Assembly (NCBI GenBank): GCA_016748015.1
Contig: JAAOMT010000586.1
Span: forward strand, 248,001-312,000
DNA from: Geosiphon pyriformis uo1
Taxonomy: Eukaryota; Fungi; Glomeromycota
Length of the DNA: 64,000 nt
Direction: 5' to 3'
Shown here: one piece after another, positions 10,153 through 23,000 of the stretch
Layout of the letters: every line of letters starts with the position of its first letter
Numbering within the stretch: the stretch's first letter is position 1
Program-made: the position numbers and the translations under genes
Notes under the pieces: generated by a model
The model's input: the letters and a program-made list of their open reading frames with translations, nothing else
What the model was told of the DNA's origin: nothing
The model's database searches: none

Positions 10153-13100
10153 GTGGCCTTTTAAATACAAGGTTAAACTCTCTTTACAAACAGGCCAATA
10201 AGGATCAATAGAAGTTCAATTTTAAGGGTGCTGATGAGATTAAATGGAATAATTTTAAAAGTTCTATGCTGGCCAATGCTACATTGTTCTTGGGTGAATT
10301 TGTTGCGTCTATAAAGTTTTCGGATTTGGATGCTATGTGGTGTGTTGTATGCAAAGTTATGACTTTTTCAGCTAACAAAATTTTCAAAAAAAAGTAGTTC
10401 AAAGGGTTTGATGAAGTTTTCACCAAAGATTCTTCAAAATTTCATAAATTGGAGCTTTTGGTTTCTAGGATTGTTAAGACTTTACATGGGAAAGATGCTA
10501 GAAACTTTGTTTATCTTATGAAATGCTGGAGTTCTGTGGACAATGTTAAGTCTTCTGTTGTTCAAAATCTGGTGAATTCTGGTGCTGGTTCTAATTATAT
10601 TTGTTCTGTTCTTTTTGGTGCTAAGAAGTCTTATCATGCTTCCAAACTCACTGAGTCTCTAAGAGCTAAGAAAGCAAACATTAGGTCTGCCATTGATAAA
10701 AAAATGGAGAGCTTTAAGGTCAACAAGGGTCATACAATCAAGAGTGTGCTGGAGCATCCGTTTCGTAAAATGGTGCTAAACTATCTGATAGTTAATGATG
10801 ATCTGATTTTGAAACCTGATTTGGTTAAGTCTAAGGTAAATGTGATCATGGAGAGATAGACCAGAAAGCATCATGTGGCTAATAATATATCAATTAATTG
10901 GCACCATCAATATTAATCTTTGGAATATGTTTTTGATGAAGCCTTTTCTAGTGTAATATGTCCAATTAGTTTTAATGAATTCTTTGGGGTGATTTCTGAC
11001 TTGTCTGATGGCAAAGCTGCTGGCTTGTCTGGTATTTTGAATGAACTTTGGAAACATTGTGATAAGTCTGTTCTGAATATGCTTTTGGTGATTTTGAACC
11101 TTTGTTTGTCTGATAAATTGGTGCCTGGCCCTTGGAAAGAGACCTGGGTCTTGATGATTTTCAAACCATATAAATGAAAGGGTGTTTTGACCAATACTTG
11201 TCCTATTGCTTTGATCAAAACGACTTATAAGATTCTTTCTAAGATTCTTCTGACAGGATCTCCTCGGCATGTAGTGCTTTTGATGTCTTTTGTGGAGACA
11301 ATTTCTCAGTTTTAAAGGGTACGACAACTCAGTCTCCTATTTTCGCAATTGGTTCAGTAGTTGAAAATGCTTTGGAAAAGAATCAAGAGCTCTGGCTGGT
11401 TTTGCAGGACATGCAAAAAGCGTATGATTTGGTTGACTGGAAACATCTCAAAAATAGTTTGATCAAGATTAAGATGTGTAGCAAATTCATTCATTTTTTT
11501 GGCAACATTTACAATGATCATACCAACTGAGTTATAACAGATTTTGGTTTAACAGATGGTTATTGTGTACATAATGGTCTGAATTAAGGAGAAGTTTTCT
11601 CCCTCCTTTTATGGTAAATATTTTATGATCCTTTGTTGTATAAAGTCAAGTGTCAGGAGAGTGTATGTGAATATAGACTGAATTCTTATTTTATTTCTAA
11701 GAATGGTCATGCCAAATCTTGGGCTGGGCATTCTTCCTTTTTTGCTGCTGGTGCTTTCATTGATAATACAATTTGGATTGGTAGCAGTCAAAGCACTACT
11801 CAACATATTTTCAATGTTGCCAGTGAATTTTTTCGGATTAATGATATCTCAATTAACAATGACAAAACAGTGACAATTTCTATTAACAGTAGAGTCAATG
11901 ATCCTTCTTTTTCTATCAGTGGTCTGCCTATTTCAATCACCAAAAAGGGGGAGTTTCATTAATACTTGGGTATTTTTCTTTCAACTGAGGGTCTTTTTAA
12001 ATCTAGTTTGATAAGAGTGCATTCAAATATTTGTTTTTTTACTAATTTGGTTTTGAAGAAAGCTGTCTCAGATAAACAGTTTTTGTATTTGGTTTCAGCA
12101 GTTTTTTACCCTATTGTTAGCTATAGAACACAGTTTAGCTTTGTTTCTGTTGGTGTGTGCAACAAATGGAATGCTTTGATTTGCAAAGGCTTAAAGCTAA
12201 AATCTGGTCTTTTACTGAACTTTCCTAGTAATACAATTCACCACCCCTCTTTTTATGATTTGAAGTCTTTTTCACAGTTCAATCTAAGGGTAAGGTTGCT
12301 TTGCTTATTAGTTTTGTGAACTCTGACAGAATTTTGGGACACTTGTTCAGTCACAGGTCTCATGACTTACAGATTCTGTGTTGGTAGTCTGTCCATCCAT
12401 TGGTTTCCTCTGCTCATATTTGTGTCAATGTTTCTAATAATTTCTTAGCTGGTATAGTTTACATTCTTTTTGACTGCAAGTTATCTTTGGCCAGCTTTTT
12501 GGCCAGCTCTTTCTGGTTTTATGGTGGGGTACCTATGTCTGTTGTTCTTGGTGAGTCTTTGTTTTGCAAGTTTCTACCTTTTCTCTAGCATTATGGTGTT
12601 GTCTTTATGGACCAGCTTCATGATTATTATAGTTGTGTCTTTAGCTGGCACACTTTTAAGTAGTGGAAAAGACTGGACCCTCATAGTCTGGTTCCCAAAT
12701 GGTTTGAACTTTCTGTTGTATTTTTTGTGGCTTCTCGTTTTTCTCCCTTGGCATTGGCTGATGTTGGCTTTCTGGACATTTGTGGTTCTAATGATTTTGT
12801 GTCTGTTTGTGATTGTCTTTCTTGGATTGGTGCTGATAGTTTGTCTGTGTACACAAATGGTTCATTGAAGAATTTGGGCATGATTAATTGTAGGGCCGAA
12901 GCTGCTGCCTTTTTTGAGGACATTAATTTGGGTTTGGGTGTCGGTGTTCAGGACTTAGTGTTATCTATTTTAATGGAGCTGCAGGCTATAGTATTGGCTC
13001 TGAAGTGCATGCCTGCAGCTCATTTTGTTCATCTGTTTTTGGATAATCAGGTGGCTTTGGATGCTTACAGGTCGGAGTCTGACCTAGTGTGTCCTGATTT

Positions 13101-14264
13101 TTGCAATCAGTATTGGGTCAAGCATCAGCATATTAGGAATGTTATCCATAGTAAGAATTTAAGAGTTAAATGGCACAAGATTAAGGGCCACTCTGGTATT
13201 TTAGGGAATAATTGTGCTAATAGCATTGCTAATGCTGCATCTCTTTCTGGTTGGTATCTTCTTCCTTATGTTAGTGAATATTTTTTGTTGGCAGATGGTG
13301 GTGTTGTTTTTAGTAATTCTAGGCACTTTGTTTGTGATGTTTTTCATGCTGTTTGTTGTGCACATTGGGAGGTTGGTTTTGGTTCTGGATTTCTAGATGG
13401 TGATTTGTGTTCAGATGTTAATTGGCTTTGTTCTTCCAGAGTTTGGCATCCTGATTTGTATATGGCCACTGGTTTTACCAGCAGACTGACTGCTGATACT
13501 TGAACTTACCTCATGAAGACTTTACACTGTTGGCTTCCTATGGCTGTTCGAAAGCGCATTTATGATAAATATTACCCTAGTGTTCTGTGTCTGTATTGTG
13601 GTGAGATGAAGGTGTCTAATCATGTGTTTTTTTGTGTAGTTGATGATTCAGCTTGTTATCAAGTCTTGGAATCTTGTATGTTTTCTTGGAGGGTGTTTTT
13701 TGGTCTCTCTTTTTCTTCTTTGGGTGTATTACAGCTGCTGTTAACCTGTGCTTTGGACTTTCTGGTTCCTCAACTCTTTACAAGGGTTTTGTTTTTAATG
13801 AATGGCTTCGGGAGGCTATTTCTGTCTTCCATGATCCCAAAGTTGCTGGTGTTAAAATTGCTGATTTTGTGCGATCTATTTGTCTTGCTTTTAGGAATGA
13901 CATTTGGTTGGTCTGTGCTAAGCATCATGCATTTATGAAAAAGAATGGCCTGATTCCAGTAGATGGCTTGATCTCCATCTCAGTTTCTGGTTTGGTTTTG
14001 GGTTTTCAACTGGTGTGATTAAATTGCTTGGTATTGCTAAAGCTTTTGGGATCCATTTTGGCTTTTGCAAGTCTTGTGCATTTTTTTCAGGTATTGATGA
14101 CCTGGTTTCTGTCAATATAAATGCATAGTGTTGTCCTGACTGGCTCAAATGGCTAGTCACATGTAGAAAATGCATGATTCATGTTTAGTTTAGATCATTT
14201 CCTTGATGTATAGTTCTAAGTGGTGTTTGGATCTCACTCATTAAATAAATAAATAAAATAAAAA
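10153..14264 (+). mobile_element. LINE copy 1 (3' part of ORF2: end of APE, RT, RNase H, Zn finger, 3' UTR, A-rich tail), interrupted at its 5' side by the Gypsy
   Basis: GKAAGLSGI, PIALIKT, QDMQKAYD, GEVFSPLL, AFIDNTIW, RNase H VYTNGS..ELQAI..KGHSGILGN, CLYC..HVFFC. Stop at 14126-14128. Confidence 0.93.
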
Positions 14265-17109
14265 TTTTTAAAATTAAAAAAACATATTGGTCAATTTATT
14301 TATAAAATTTTTTACTTATTAAAATATTAATTTAATTATATTTTTCTAATAATAATTATTTATAAATAAAACATAATTTATTGTTTTATTTTTTATTTTG
14401 TTTTAAGTAGTTAAATCATTTTGAATAACAAGTTTTATAATAATAATAAATATAGTTTTTGAATATATATAAACTTTTATAGATAAAAGTTTTTTGTTAC
14501 AATTTTTGTATTTAAATAAGATATAAACTGATTTTTTTGGTTTTTATTTTAAGTAAAAAACATACTAATCATTAGTTTGTTTAGTTGTTAATATTGATTT
14601 AACATAGTAATTTAATATTTTGATTAAAAAATTGTTAATTATAATTTAAAATTATTGAAAATTTGTTGTTTGGTTTTTTTAATGTAATTAGATTATAAAT
14701 TAAATATTATATAGATTATAATAATTGGTTTTTTTTTCTTTTTTTTAAATTTAATATAAATATTTTTTTAAAATATTTATTAAAAATACTATAAATAATA
14801 AGGAAAAAAAACTTTTTCTCTCTTTTGTTTCAAATTACAAAAAAAAAGTCTAAAAGTTTTTTGAAAGAAATTTTTTTTTTACAATTCAGTATGATAAATT
14901 TAAATTATTTTTGCTTAATTATGAGACCACTGTTGGTGCTAGTATTACTGTTATAAAGAAGATGATTAAAAATTCTGATTTAGCTGAAGGTTTTATGCCT
15001 GTGTTGTTAAGAAAGAAAAAGAGAGATGGTACTTTAAAAGATAATGTTAAAGCTAAAAAAATTTTTGTCAAAGTGGTTGGTAATCATTCTTGAGGTTTAG
15101 AAGCTAATAATACTACTGAGTTTAATGGTGTTCACATAAAAGAGGAGTGTCTGGTTGAGGAAATTAGTTTCAACTATAATAATAGGACTACTTTTAATGG
15201 CAAAAATACTGACCAAATGCCAAAGAGTTCATGTGTTAAGACCAAAAAAGCTCTGAAGAAGCCATTGAGTAAAATCAATTTTCTGAGTGATAGCAATGAT
15301 GATGATGTTTTATTGGATGTTCTTCTGGTTTTTTCTCCTTCTTTGAAAGTTTTGGTTGATATTCCAGTTAAAAAATTATTTACTTTAAATATTGACTTAG
15401 ATAAAGTAATTGGAAAATTTTCTTAAAAGAAGCTAGTGGCAATTAGAAAATTATTTTCAAAAATCAATGGTTTTGGAAAGGCTTTTACTCCCTCAAAATT
15501 TTTTGGGATTATTTGGACAATATTTACTTCCAAATTGAGCTTGGTACAAGCTTCTAAAATAGCAATAATAGCAAAGATCTTGGTAAACACCAATCTTAAA
15601 AAATTTTTTAGTTATTCAGATTGGACTGTGGTAGTAAAAAAAATTCCTATTAGAACATCAGCTGAGGCTGTGTGTACTGTGTTTTTTGAGTTTAGTACTA
15701 TTATGTCAATTAAAATGCAGTTGGTAGAGCTATGGCAAAAAGCTGTGGTAGAGTTTATCCAATCTGATCAGGCTGATTTGGTCATAGTTAGATGGTTCAT
15801 CTTAATCAGAAAAGATGCTGTAAGAGTGGCTAAGGCTAATTTAGACAAGAAATAGTGAAATACAAAAAATCAATATAGAGCACTGCTCTATACACTACTA
15901 ATAAGCACTAATGCTTATAACATTTGAGATTTTATTGGTTCTGTGGGTGGAAAAACATGCATTATTGATTGACATCCAATTATATATAGTGAACTTTTTC
16001 TATAGTCTCTCTGGTTATAATTACTATCTTCTTATAATCACATTTTTTTAAAAACCAAAACCATTTATATATAATATTATCTTCTTATAGTCACTTTTAC
16101 TATATATATCTTCTTATAGTCTCTATTTCCACAAATATGATAGCAGAATATAAGTAATTTCCACTCTCTATAGTCACATTATAATTATATAATATTTAAT
16201 CAAACATGTACAATCAGGGAGATTTCCCAATTTGTTAATAAAAATCATTCTTTTTATAATAGTAAAAAAAATTAGAAAAGTTTCTGAAAATGATTATAGA
16301 ACACTAAACAAAATTTTTGAAATATTACAACATTCAATTACTCTTCTTCTTTATAAGCTATCACTGCCATCAGAAGACAATGACAGAACTATTATATCTG
16401 GCTTGTTGTTTGTGAGTATTATGAGAGTTTTAATAATAGTTGACATATGGTACAGTACTGCTGCTCTTGATGCTTTGGAAACTGGTGGTGTTTCAGAGGC
16501 TAATAGTGCTTTGGAAACTGTTGCTGCAAGTATCAATGAAGTTACTCTGGATCAAACTTTGGCTAACAAGATTACTTTTTTTCCATATTGGGAGAAGAAA
16601 TTAACAGACCTACAAACAAGAATAATGGCTCAATGAGATCCTCCGAGAACAAGTTTGTTAATAGAACATTATTTGAGCAAATCAATTGGAAATGGAGTTT
16701 GAATTTACCTTTCCTTAGAAAAAGAAATGTAACTAGTAATAAAACTCAGAGCATAAAAATTCTGATATATACCCAATAAATACATTTTTACACCAATTTT
16801 GGCATTTGCGATTAAAAAAAGGCTCTATACTAGCAATAATATTCATCATTCAACCAATATTTAATATTAGTGAGCAAAAGTTTGACTAATAGTTTTAAAG
16901 ATGTATTAAAAATCAACTTTTTTGGGGCAAATAAATCCATGTTAAATGCTTTTCATAATCCAAACATAATCATGCAGAATGAAGATTTGGACCTAAATTC
17001 AACATATCATGTTTTAAAAATGCCAATTATAAATAGTAATATATTCAATCCAAGATAAACAAAACTGTACACAATACAATATATTTTTAACTTCTTGAAG
17101 AATATTTAT

Positions 17110-18140
17110 TAGGCTGTTACATGATTAATTTGATAAGCTTCAAAAACATGATTACTTAAAAGAGGTATTAGAGAGTTAATAATAGGTAATAGTTGTGATT
17201 TTATTAACAAATTTACATTTTTTGATGATTTGCTTCTTTAATTGTTACTGGAATTGGTTTCCAAGTACTTAACAATGTTTTTTTAATTCGCCTTGCTTTA
17301 AAAAAGTCTATTTTTTTCATCTGTGCAATTTCATTGAATTTTTTTATTTCTTCACTTAATATTCATTTATGGCCAATATCATGAAAAACACGATTAGAGA
17401 CATTTGGATTTACAAACTGTGTCTTTTTTATCTGAACTCAAAATCAATTTGATTCAGCAATAAAACTAGAATGTGTATGAAATCTGTATATTTCACTTTT
17501 AGAATATTTGATGACATTAAAAAGGTTAGTATGCAATCTCTTAAATTTGATACAGTTATATACTGCAATTTTCCAATATTGTTGTGAAGGTATAGAAAGA
17601 ATTAATGATTTGAGTGTTTTGTTAATTTCTTCAAATATTGTATTATGGCCTTGATGTTGATTTGAAAGTTTAGATCAAGAAATTACAATTCTTTCTTGAA
17701 TTAGCTTGCAAACTTCAGACTTTAATTATAGCCATTGTTCTTCATCAGCAATTTCAATTAATTGGTAAATAGAATGACACTGAGCAGACCAAATTGGTGC
17801 AAACATTCATCTAGCCACAAGTCTTAATAAAGACCTATTGAAACAAACTCCAATGTAAAAGTTAATAATTGCTTGTAAATAAAAAAAGACTTGTTCATAC
17901 TTTAACCTGAATGTAGAATTTGTTTCATTTTAGGCCCATTCTAAGTAACTTTTAACAGATGAATTTTCCTTAGAAACAATATATGGCCACATTAATTCGG
18001 AAACTATTGCATGTTTATATATATTACATATCAAATCCCATGACTTATGATGATCAGAACATTTTTTAAAAAACTGCAGTTGACTTTCACTCTGATATCC
18101 CTAACATTGTGCAAAGTATTTTATATCAATATTTCAATTA
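17110..18140 (-). pseudogene. Cargo gene fragment (~340 codons), possibly a transposase-like protein of another family
   Basis: One continuous frame: GYQSESQLQFFKKCSDHHKSWDLICNIY...FAPIWSA...NQHQGHNTIFEEINKTLK...WKPIPVT. Stops are explicable by C>T/G>A. Confidence 0.7.
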
Positions 18141-18523
18141 ATATAGGTGTTGCTGTGTTTGGAGAGCTTGACAACATGACATTGTACTATCTTCTATGCA
18201 ATTATGCAAGTATGTGGAGGATCAAATTAACAGCCTTCATTATTGATCATTAGTTGGAGGTAAGAGGCAAAAAGTGTTGCAGATGCATTATCAAAATTAG
18301 GTTTTTTTTTACCAAGAATCTGTCATTTGCACTTAGAATTTTACAGTTAAATTAAAACCTTCATTTTTATAATTTGGCCACTTTTTATAATCTAAGACAC
18401 CTTATATAATATAAGACACCTCACATGTCTGATTAGATATAAGGCAAAATGACATTTGAGACATAACAGATACATCAATGCATTATAAAAGCAAAATGAA
18501 ATAAAAAGTGTGTTCTTATTAAC

Positions 18524-20029
18524 ATGCCAAAAAATGCGAACCAAAAGTGAGCAGCAATCTTCTTGAAGACTAAAAAGGCTCTCTGCCAGTACAAACTAGA
18601 GCATCCTAACTACTCAGCAAATAGACTTATTGAAATATTTAATCTAAAGATTAACTGCTCCACTGTAATAAAGATACTCACAAAATCAGACCAATGGATT
18701 GAAAAAAATGTATTTGGCAACTCTGGTCAATTGACAAAGAACAGGAAAGAGATGTTTCTAAAAATAAATGATGTACTGAGAGAATGGATGCTTGGAGCAC
18801 TAGCTACCAACTGCATTCTTACTGGAAAAATTTTACAAACAAAAGCCCTCAAGTTTGCTGAAAAGTTTCCAAAAGAAAATAACTTTAAAGCATCAGATGG
18901 TTGGTTAGAAAAGTTCAAGAAACGTCACAATTTGCACCACATTAAGATGTATGGTGAAGCAAACAGTGCCCCCTTAGAAATTTTACCAGAGAAACAAGAG
19001 AAACTGCATGAAATTATCAGTGAATATGATCTAAATAATATTTACAATGCTGATAAGACAGCATTATTCTTTATAATGCCACTAAATGCAACTTTGGCAA
19101 CAAGATCTACCTCTGGCACCAAGTGTAATAAGAGTTGAATTACCATACTTCTTGCTTGTTGCAGTCTTTAATTATCAGTAAAGCCATAAAGCCACAATGT
19201 TTTTGCAATATTAATATAAATGCACTTTCAATCACTTATCGTTACAATACAAAAGCATGGATGCAAACTGATATTTTTAGTGAATGGCTTAATTTATTAA
19301 ATAAAAAAATGTGTTGTAAGAAAAAAAAAGATTTTACTATTGCTTGATAATGCTGGTCCCCATGGTAGAGAACCTTCCGTATTATCTAATATTATGATTA
19401 AATACCTACCATCCAATACAACATCTCATTTGTAACCATTAGATATAGGAATTATTGTATTTTTTAAGGCACAATACTGAAAGTTGTTTCTTTTTCATCT
19501 TATTAATCAGTATGATAACAAGATTTTAATATCAATAGTAATATTAAAGGATACAGTTGACTTTTTAATTAATGCGTAGTCAGCAGTAACAACAATTACA
19601 ATCCAAAACTGTTGGTATCATATGAGAATTCTGAATAATAGTCAAATGCCAGCCTATCTATTAGATATTGAACAAGAACTTCTACAAAAAGTACAAGTTC
19701 TTATTGAGCATGTTGATATTGACAAGTTTGAACCATTATTTACTTATGCCTTAGAGGATGAAATTGTGGATTTTATTAACAATAAGTATAGTAAAAATTC
19801 TAATGCAAATGAAGATTTAGAAAGTGAAAATGAAAATGAACCTTTGCTTTTGCTATTTATATATTAAGGTAAAACTGTACTTGAAAATACATTGCACTAT
19901 TGTGAAGAGCAGTATAGTGAAAAAGTTGATTCAGACTTTTTTAAAACTTTGAGAATATTAATTTGTAATACTGTTCTCAAAGTTTAAGAAGAGAAAAAAC
20001 AGTTGTAAATAGATAGCTTTTTTAAATAA
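18524..20029 (+). pseudogene. pogo-family transposase (CENP-B-type HTH plus DDE_1)
   Basis: FKASDGWLEKFKKRH, IYNADKTALF, AWMQTDIF, LLLDNAGPH-(31 aa D-to-D spacing)-*PLDIGII, and C-terminal KQL*IDSFFK*. Confidence 0.92.
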
Positions 20030-23000
20030 AATATATATAATTGGTTATTATATTATGTATGTAATATATAGATTATGTAATAAGATATTAATTATTTTTT
20101 ATAGTCCCATCTCTCTATAGTCACCACAAATGTGCTGACCAAAAGATGTGATTATAAAGAGAGTTCATTGTATGCTTAGACCAGATGTACTATTGTTTGT
20201 TTTAACTCAGCTGAGTTACTGAATGCTGTTATAGAAACTATGTCTGTATTAAGAGATATTAATTTATGTTGGTTTCATCTAAGTTCTGTTAAGTATGCTA
20301 AGTATAAAAAATTGGGTTATATTTCTTTAAGCTGTTTTGTGAGTAGAAAAATGTCTTCTGGTGGCCCATTTTGTAGAATATTATTAAATGATAATAAAAA
20401 CAGATTGGTGTCTATTTATGCTAAGTGCTCAACATCAGTTTTTTATTCTGTTTCTTTTGGTAATGTCTCTTGGACTAAGATTGTTGGTGGGTCTTTTTTT
20501 CCTTTTCTTTCTATATGAAATAGCTTAGATGATTCTGGTTTCTTTTCAAAGATAAAACCTACTCTTATGATATCTATAGAAGTAAATAATAGGTTTGTTG
20601 CTTTTGAGCATAGTTTTGCCAGTCTTGTGGAACATATTAATAAGTTGGCTAAGAGATTGGACACACTTAAGCCAATGGTTTTCCAGCCTAATCCTGAACA
20701 TTAGTTGTTGGTGACCTCTTTATTACAGAATTAAAAAATATATATAATGATAAGTAAAAGTTCAAGTATGATCACTAATAGTAAGACTATTGCAGAAGTG
20801 ATAGTTTTTGATTCTTTAATTATCTCAAAATTAGAAGACACTTTGAACAATCTATCAGTCACAGTTATGGGTCTATTGGCTAAAGTTAACAATGCTAGTT
20901 TGGTTTCTGTTGTTTATTCTTTTCAATAACAGATCTGGTGTAAAAATTTGCTACATATAATGTTTAGGGTCTTAATATCTCTGCCAAGCAGAAAGATGTT
21001 GTTTATTGGCATGTGGAATCAAGTAATGTGGTTTCTATTATTATGGAAACAAAGTTAAAGTCTGATATCAAACTATAGATTATGAACAGATTTGCTGGAG
21101 TAAAAATATTCTCTTCTGGCTTGAACAAAGAATTTTTTGGTGCTGGAATAGTGATTATTATAAACAATTTTTTTGCATATTATGTTTCTAAGATTGAAGA
21201 AATCCCTGGTTATTTTGTTTCTGTTTAGCTTCTTTTCAAAAACAAGCTTTTGGTTGTGGTTTTGGGTTTATATGTCAATGTTTCTACTAAGGCCAGATTT
21301 AATTAAGCTTCGGAAATCAACTTTTTTGTCACTAAGACTTTTAATTTTTCTATGTTTACAGTTCTGAGTAAAGATTTTAATGAAAATGGATTTAAAAAAA
21401 GTGTGAGTTTTAAATTTTGCTCAGATTTGGGCTTGGTCAATTCTTTTAATAGATATTTACTACTACTTAAAGCAATTTGAGAAATGCTGAAAAGATTATT
21501 AATTACATTTTCATAAGTAAAAGTTTGTCATCTATAATAATTGTTCATAAAGTTGTTCCTGTTTCTGAATTTTTTAATATAGATTACAATGCTGTTTTGG
21601 TCTCGGTTGGTTTGGATGGTCTCTTGAATACTCATTTCAACAGTAATTGTAGACAGACTAACAGGAATAAATGGAAGTTCAGAATTAAAAATACAGATAT
21701 TAATAGGTGGTCACACTTTAGAGAGTGTTTATTGAGCAAATTTTTGAGAAAATTGGGTGAATTCAATATTGTAAAAAAAGATGGAGATTTAAATACTATG
21801 TGAAAAATTTTTAAGGTGGTAGTAGTAAGTGCTGCTGATAAAGTATTTTCTAGGTTCTGGTTTAGCAAGTTTGAATGTTCAAGAAATAAGCAGTTATCAA
21901 AGTTTTTTGGGTTGAAATTACTGATTGCCAAATTAGTTAAGTATTTAAGTTTGAGCCAATTATCTTTTTAATACATGGTCTACTATTAATAATAAAGAGA
22001 CTTCTAAAGTACATGTCATGTTTGATAATAGTAAGAGCAGAGAAAAAATTCTGCATCACTTGTTGAGAGTCAAAAAAATATACTATAGATCAAAGTATTA
22101 CGAGTTTAAGATTACTAAGAACATTTTTATTAAGAAGACAATAGACAAATATATGGAAAACTTTTGTTTTAATAAAGAATATATAATCAAAAATATTTTA
22201 AAACAACCATTTTGGAAAGTAATGTTCAATTATTTAGTTGTGGATGAAGACTTGATTTTGGTACCTAATGAGGTTAAATTTACTGTTAATGTTGTTATAA
22301 AAGAGTAGATGAGAAAACATGTTGTTTCTAATTTTTTATCTGTTCATTGGTCTAATCAATATTTTCTTTTAATCTATGTTAATAATAATGTATTTTTAAA
22401 TGTTATATGTAATATCAAGTCTAATGAGTTTTTTTTGGTGGTTAAAGAATTGTCTGATAAGAAAGCTGTTGGCATTTCTGGTATTCTTAATGAACTTTAA
22501 AAGCATAGAGATGCTTAGGTTTTAGATAGTTTGTTAGACATTTTCAATGCATGTTTAATAGTAAGTACTGTGTTTACACAATAGAGACAGACCTGGGTTT
22601 CTATGATATCAAAGCCATATGACTGAGAAAAGACATTCACTAATACCAGATTTATAATATTAATTAAGACAGTTCAGAAAATACTGTCCAAAATCTTTTC
22701 TAACAGGATATTTTTAACTTGCAGTAAATTTGATGTTCTACATGGTAACAATTTCTTGGTTCTGAAGAGTACATTTACTCAAACTCCAATTTTTGCTATT
22801 GGTTTTATTGTCAAGAATGCACTGGAAAAAAACAGGGAGCTGTAGTTAGTTCTCCAAAACATGTAAAAAGCTTATAACTTAATTGAATAGTTTTATTTGC
22901 AAAGCAGCTTATTTAGAATCAAAATGTGTTCCTGTTTTGTAAAGTTTTTTGAAAGTATACACAACAATCAGACAAACTGGATGATAACAAACTTTGGTCT

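Larger units (their letters stand above)
15987..20170 (+). mobile_element. pogo/Tigger-like (Tc1/mariner superfamily) DNA transposon with cargo
   Basis: TIRs: TAGTGAACTTTTTCTATAGTC versus the reverse complement of the right end, CAATGAACTCTCTTTATAATC. TA TSDs at 15985-86 and 20171-72. Excision restores LINE ORF1 (HPIIYA*TRCTIVCF). Subterminal CTATAGTCAC-like repeats. Confidence 0.92.
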
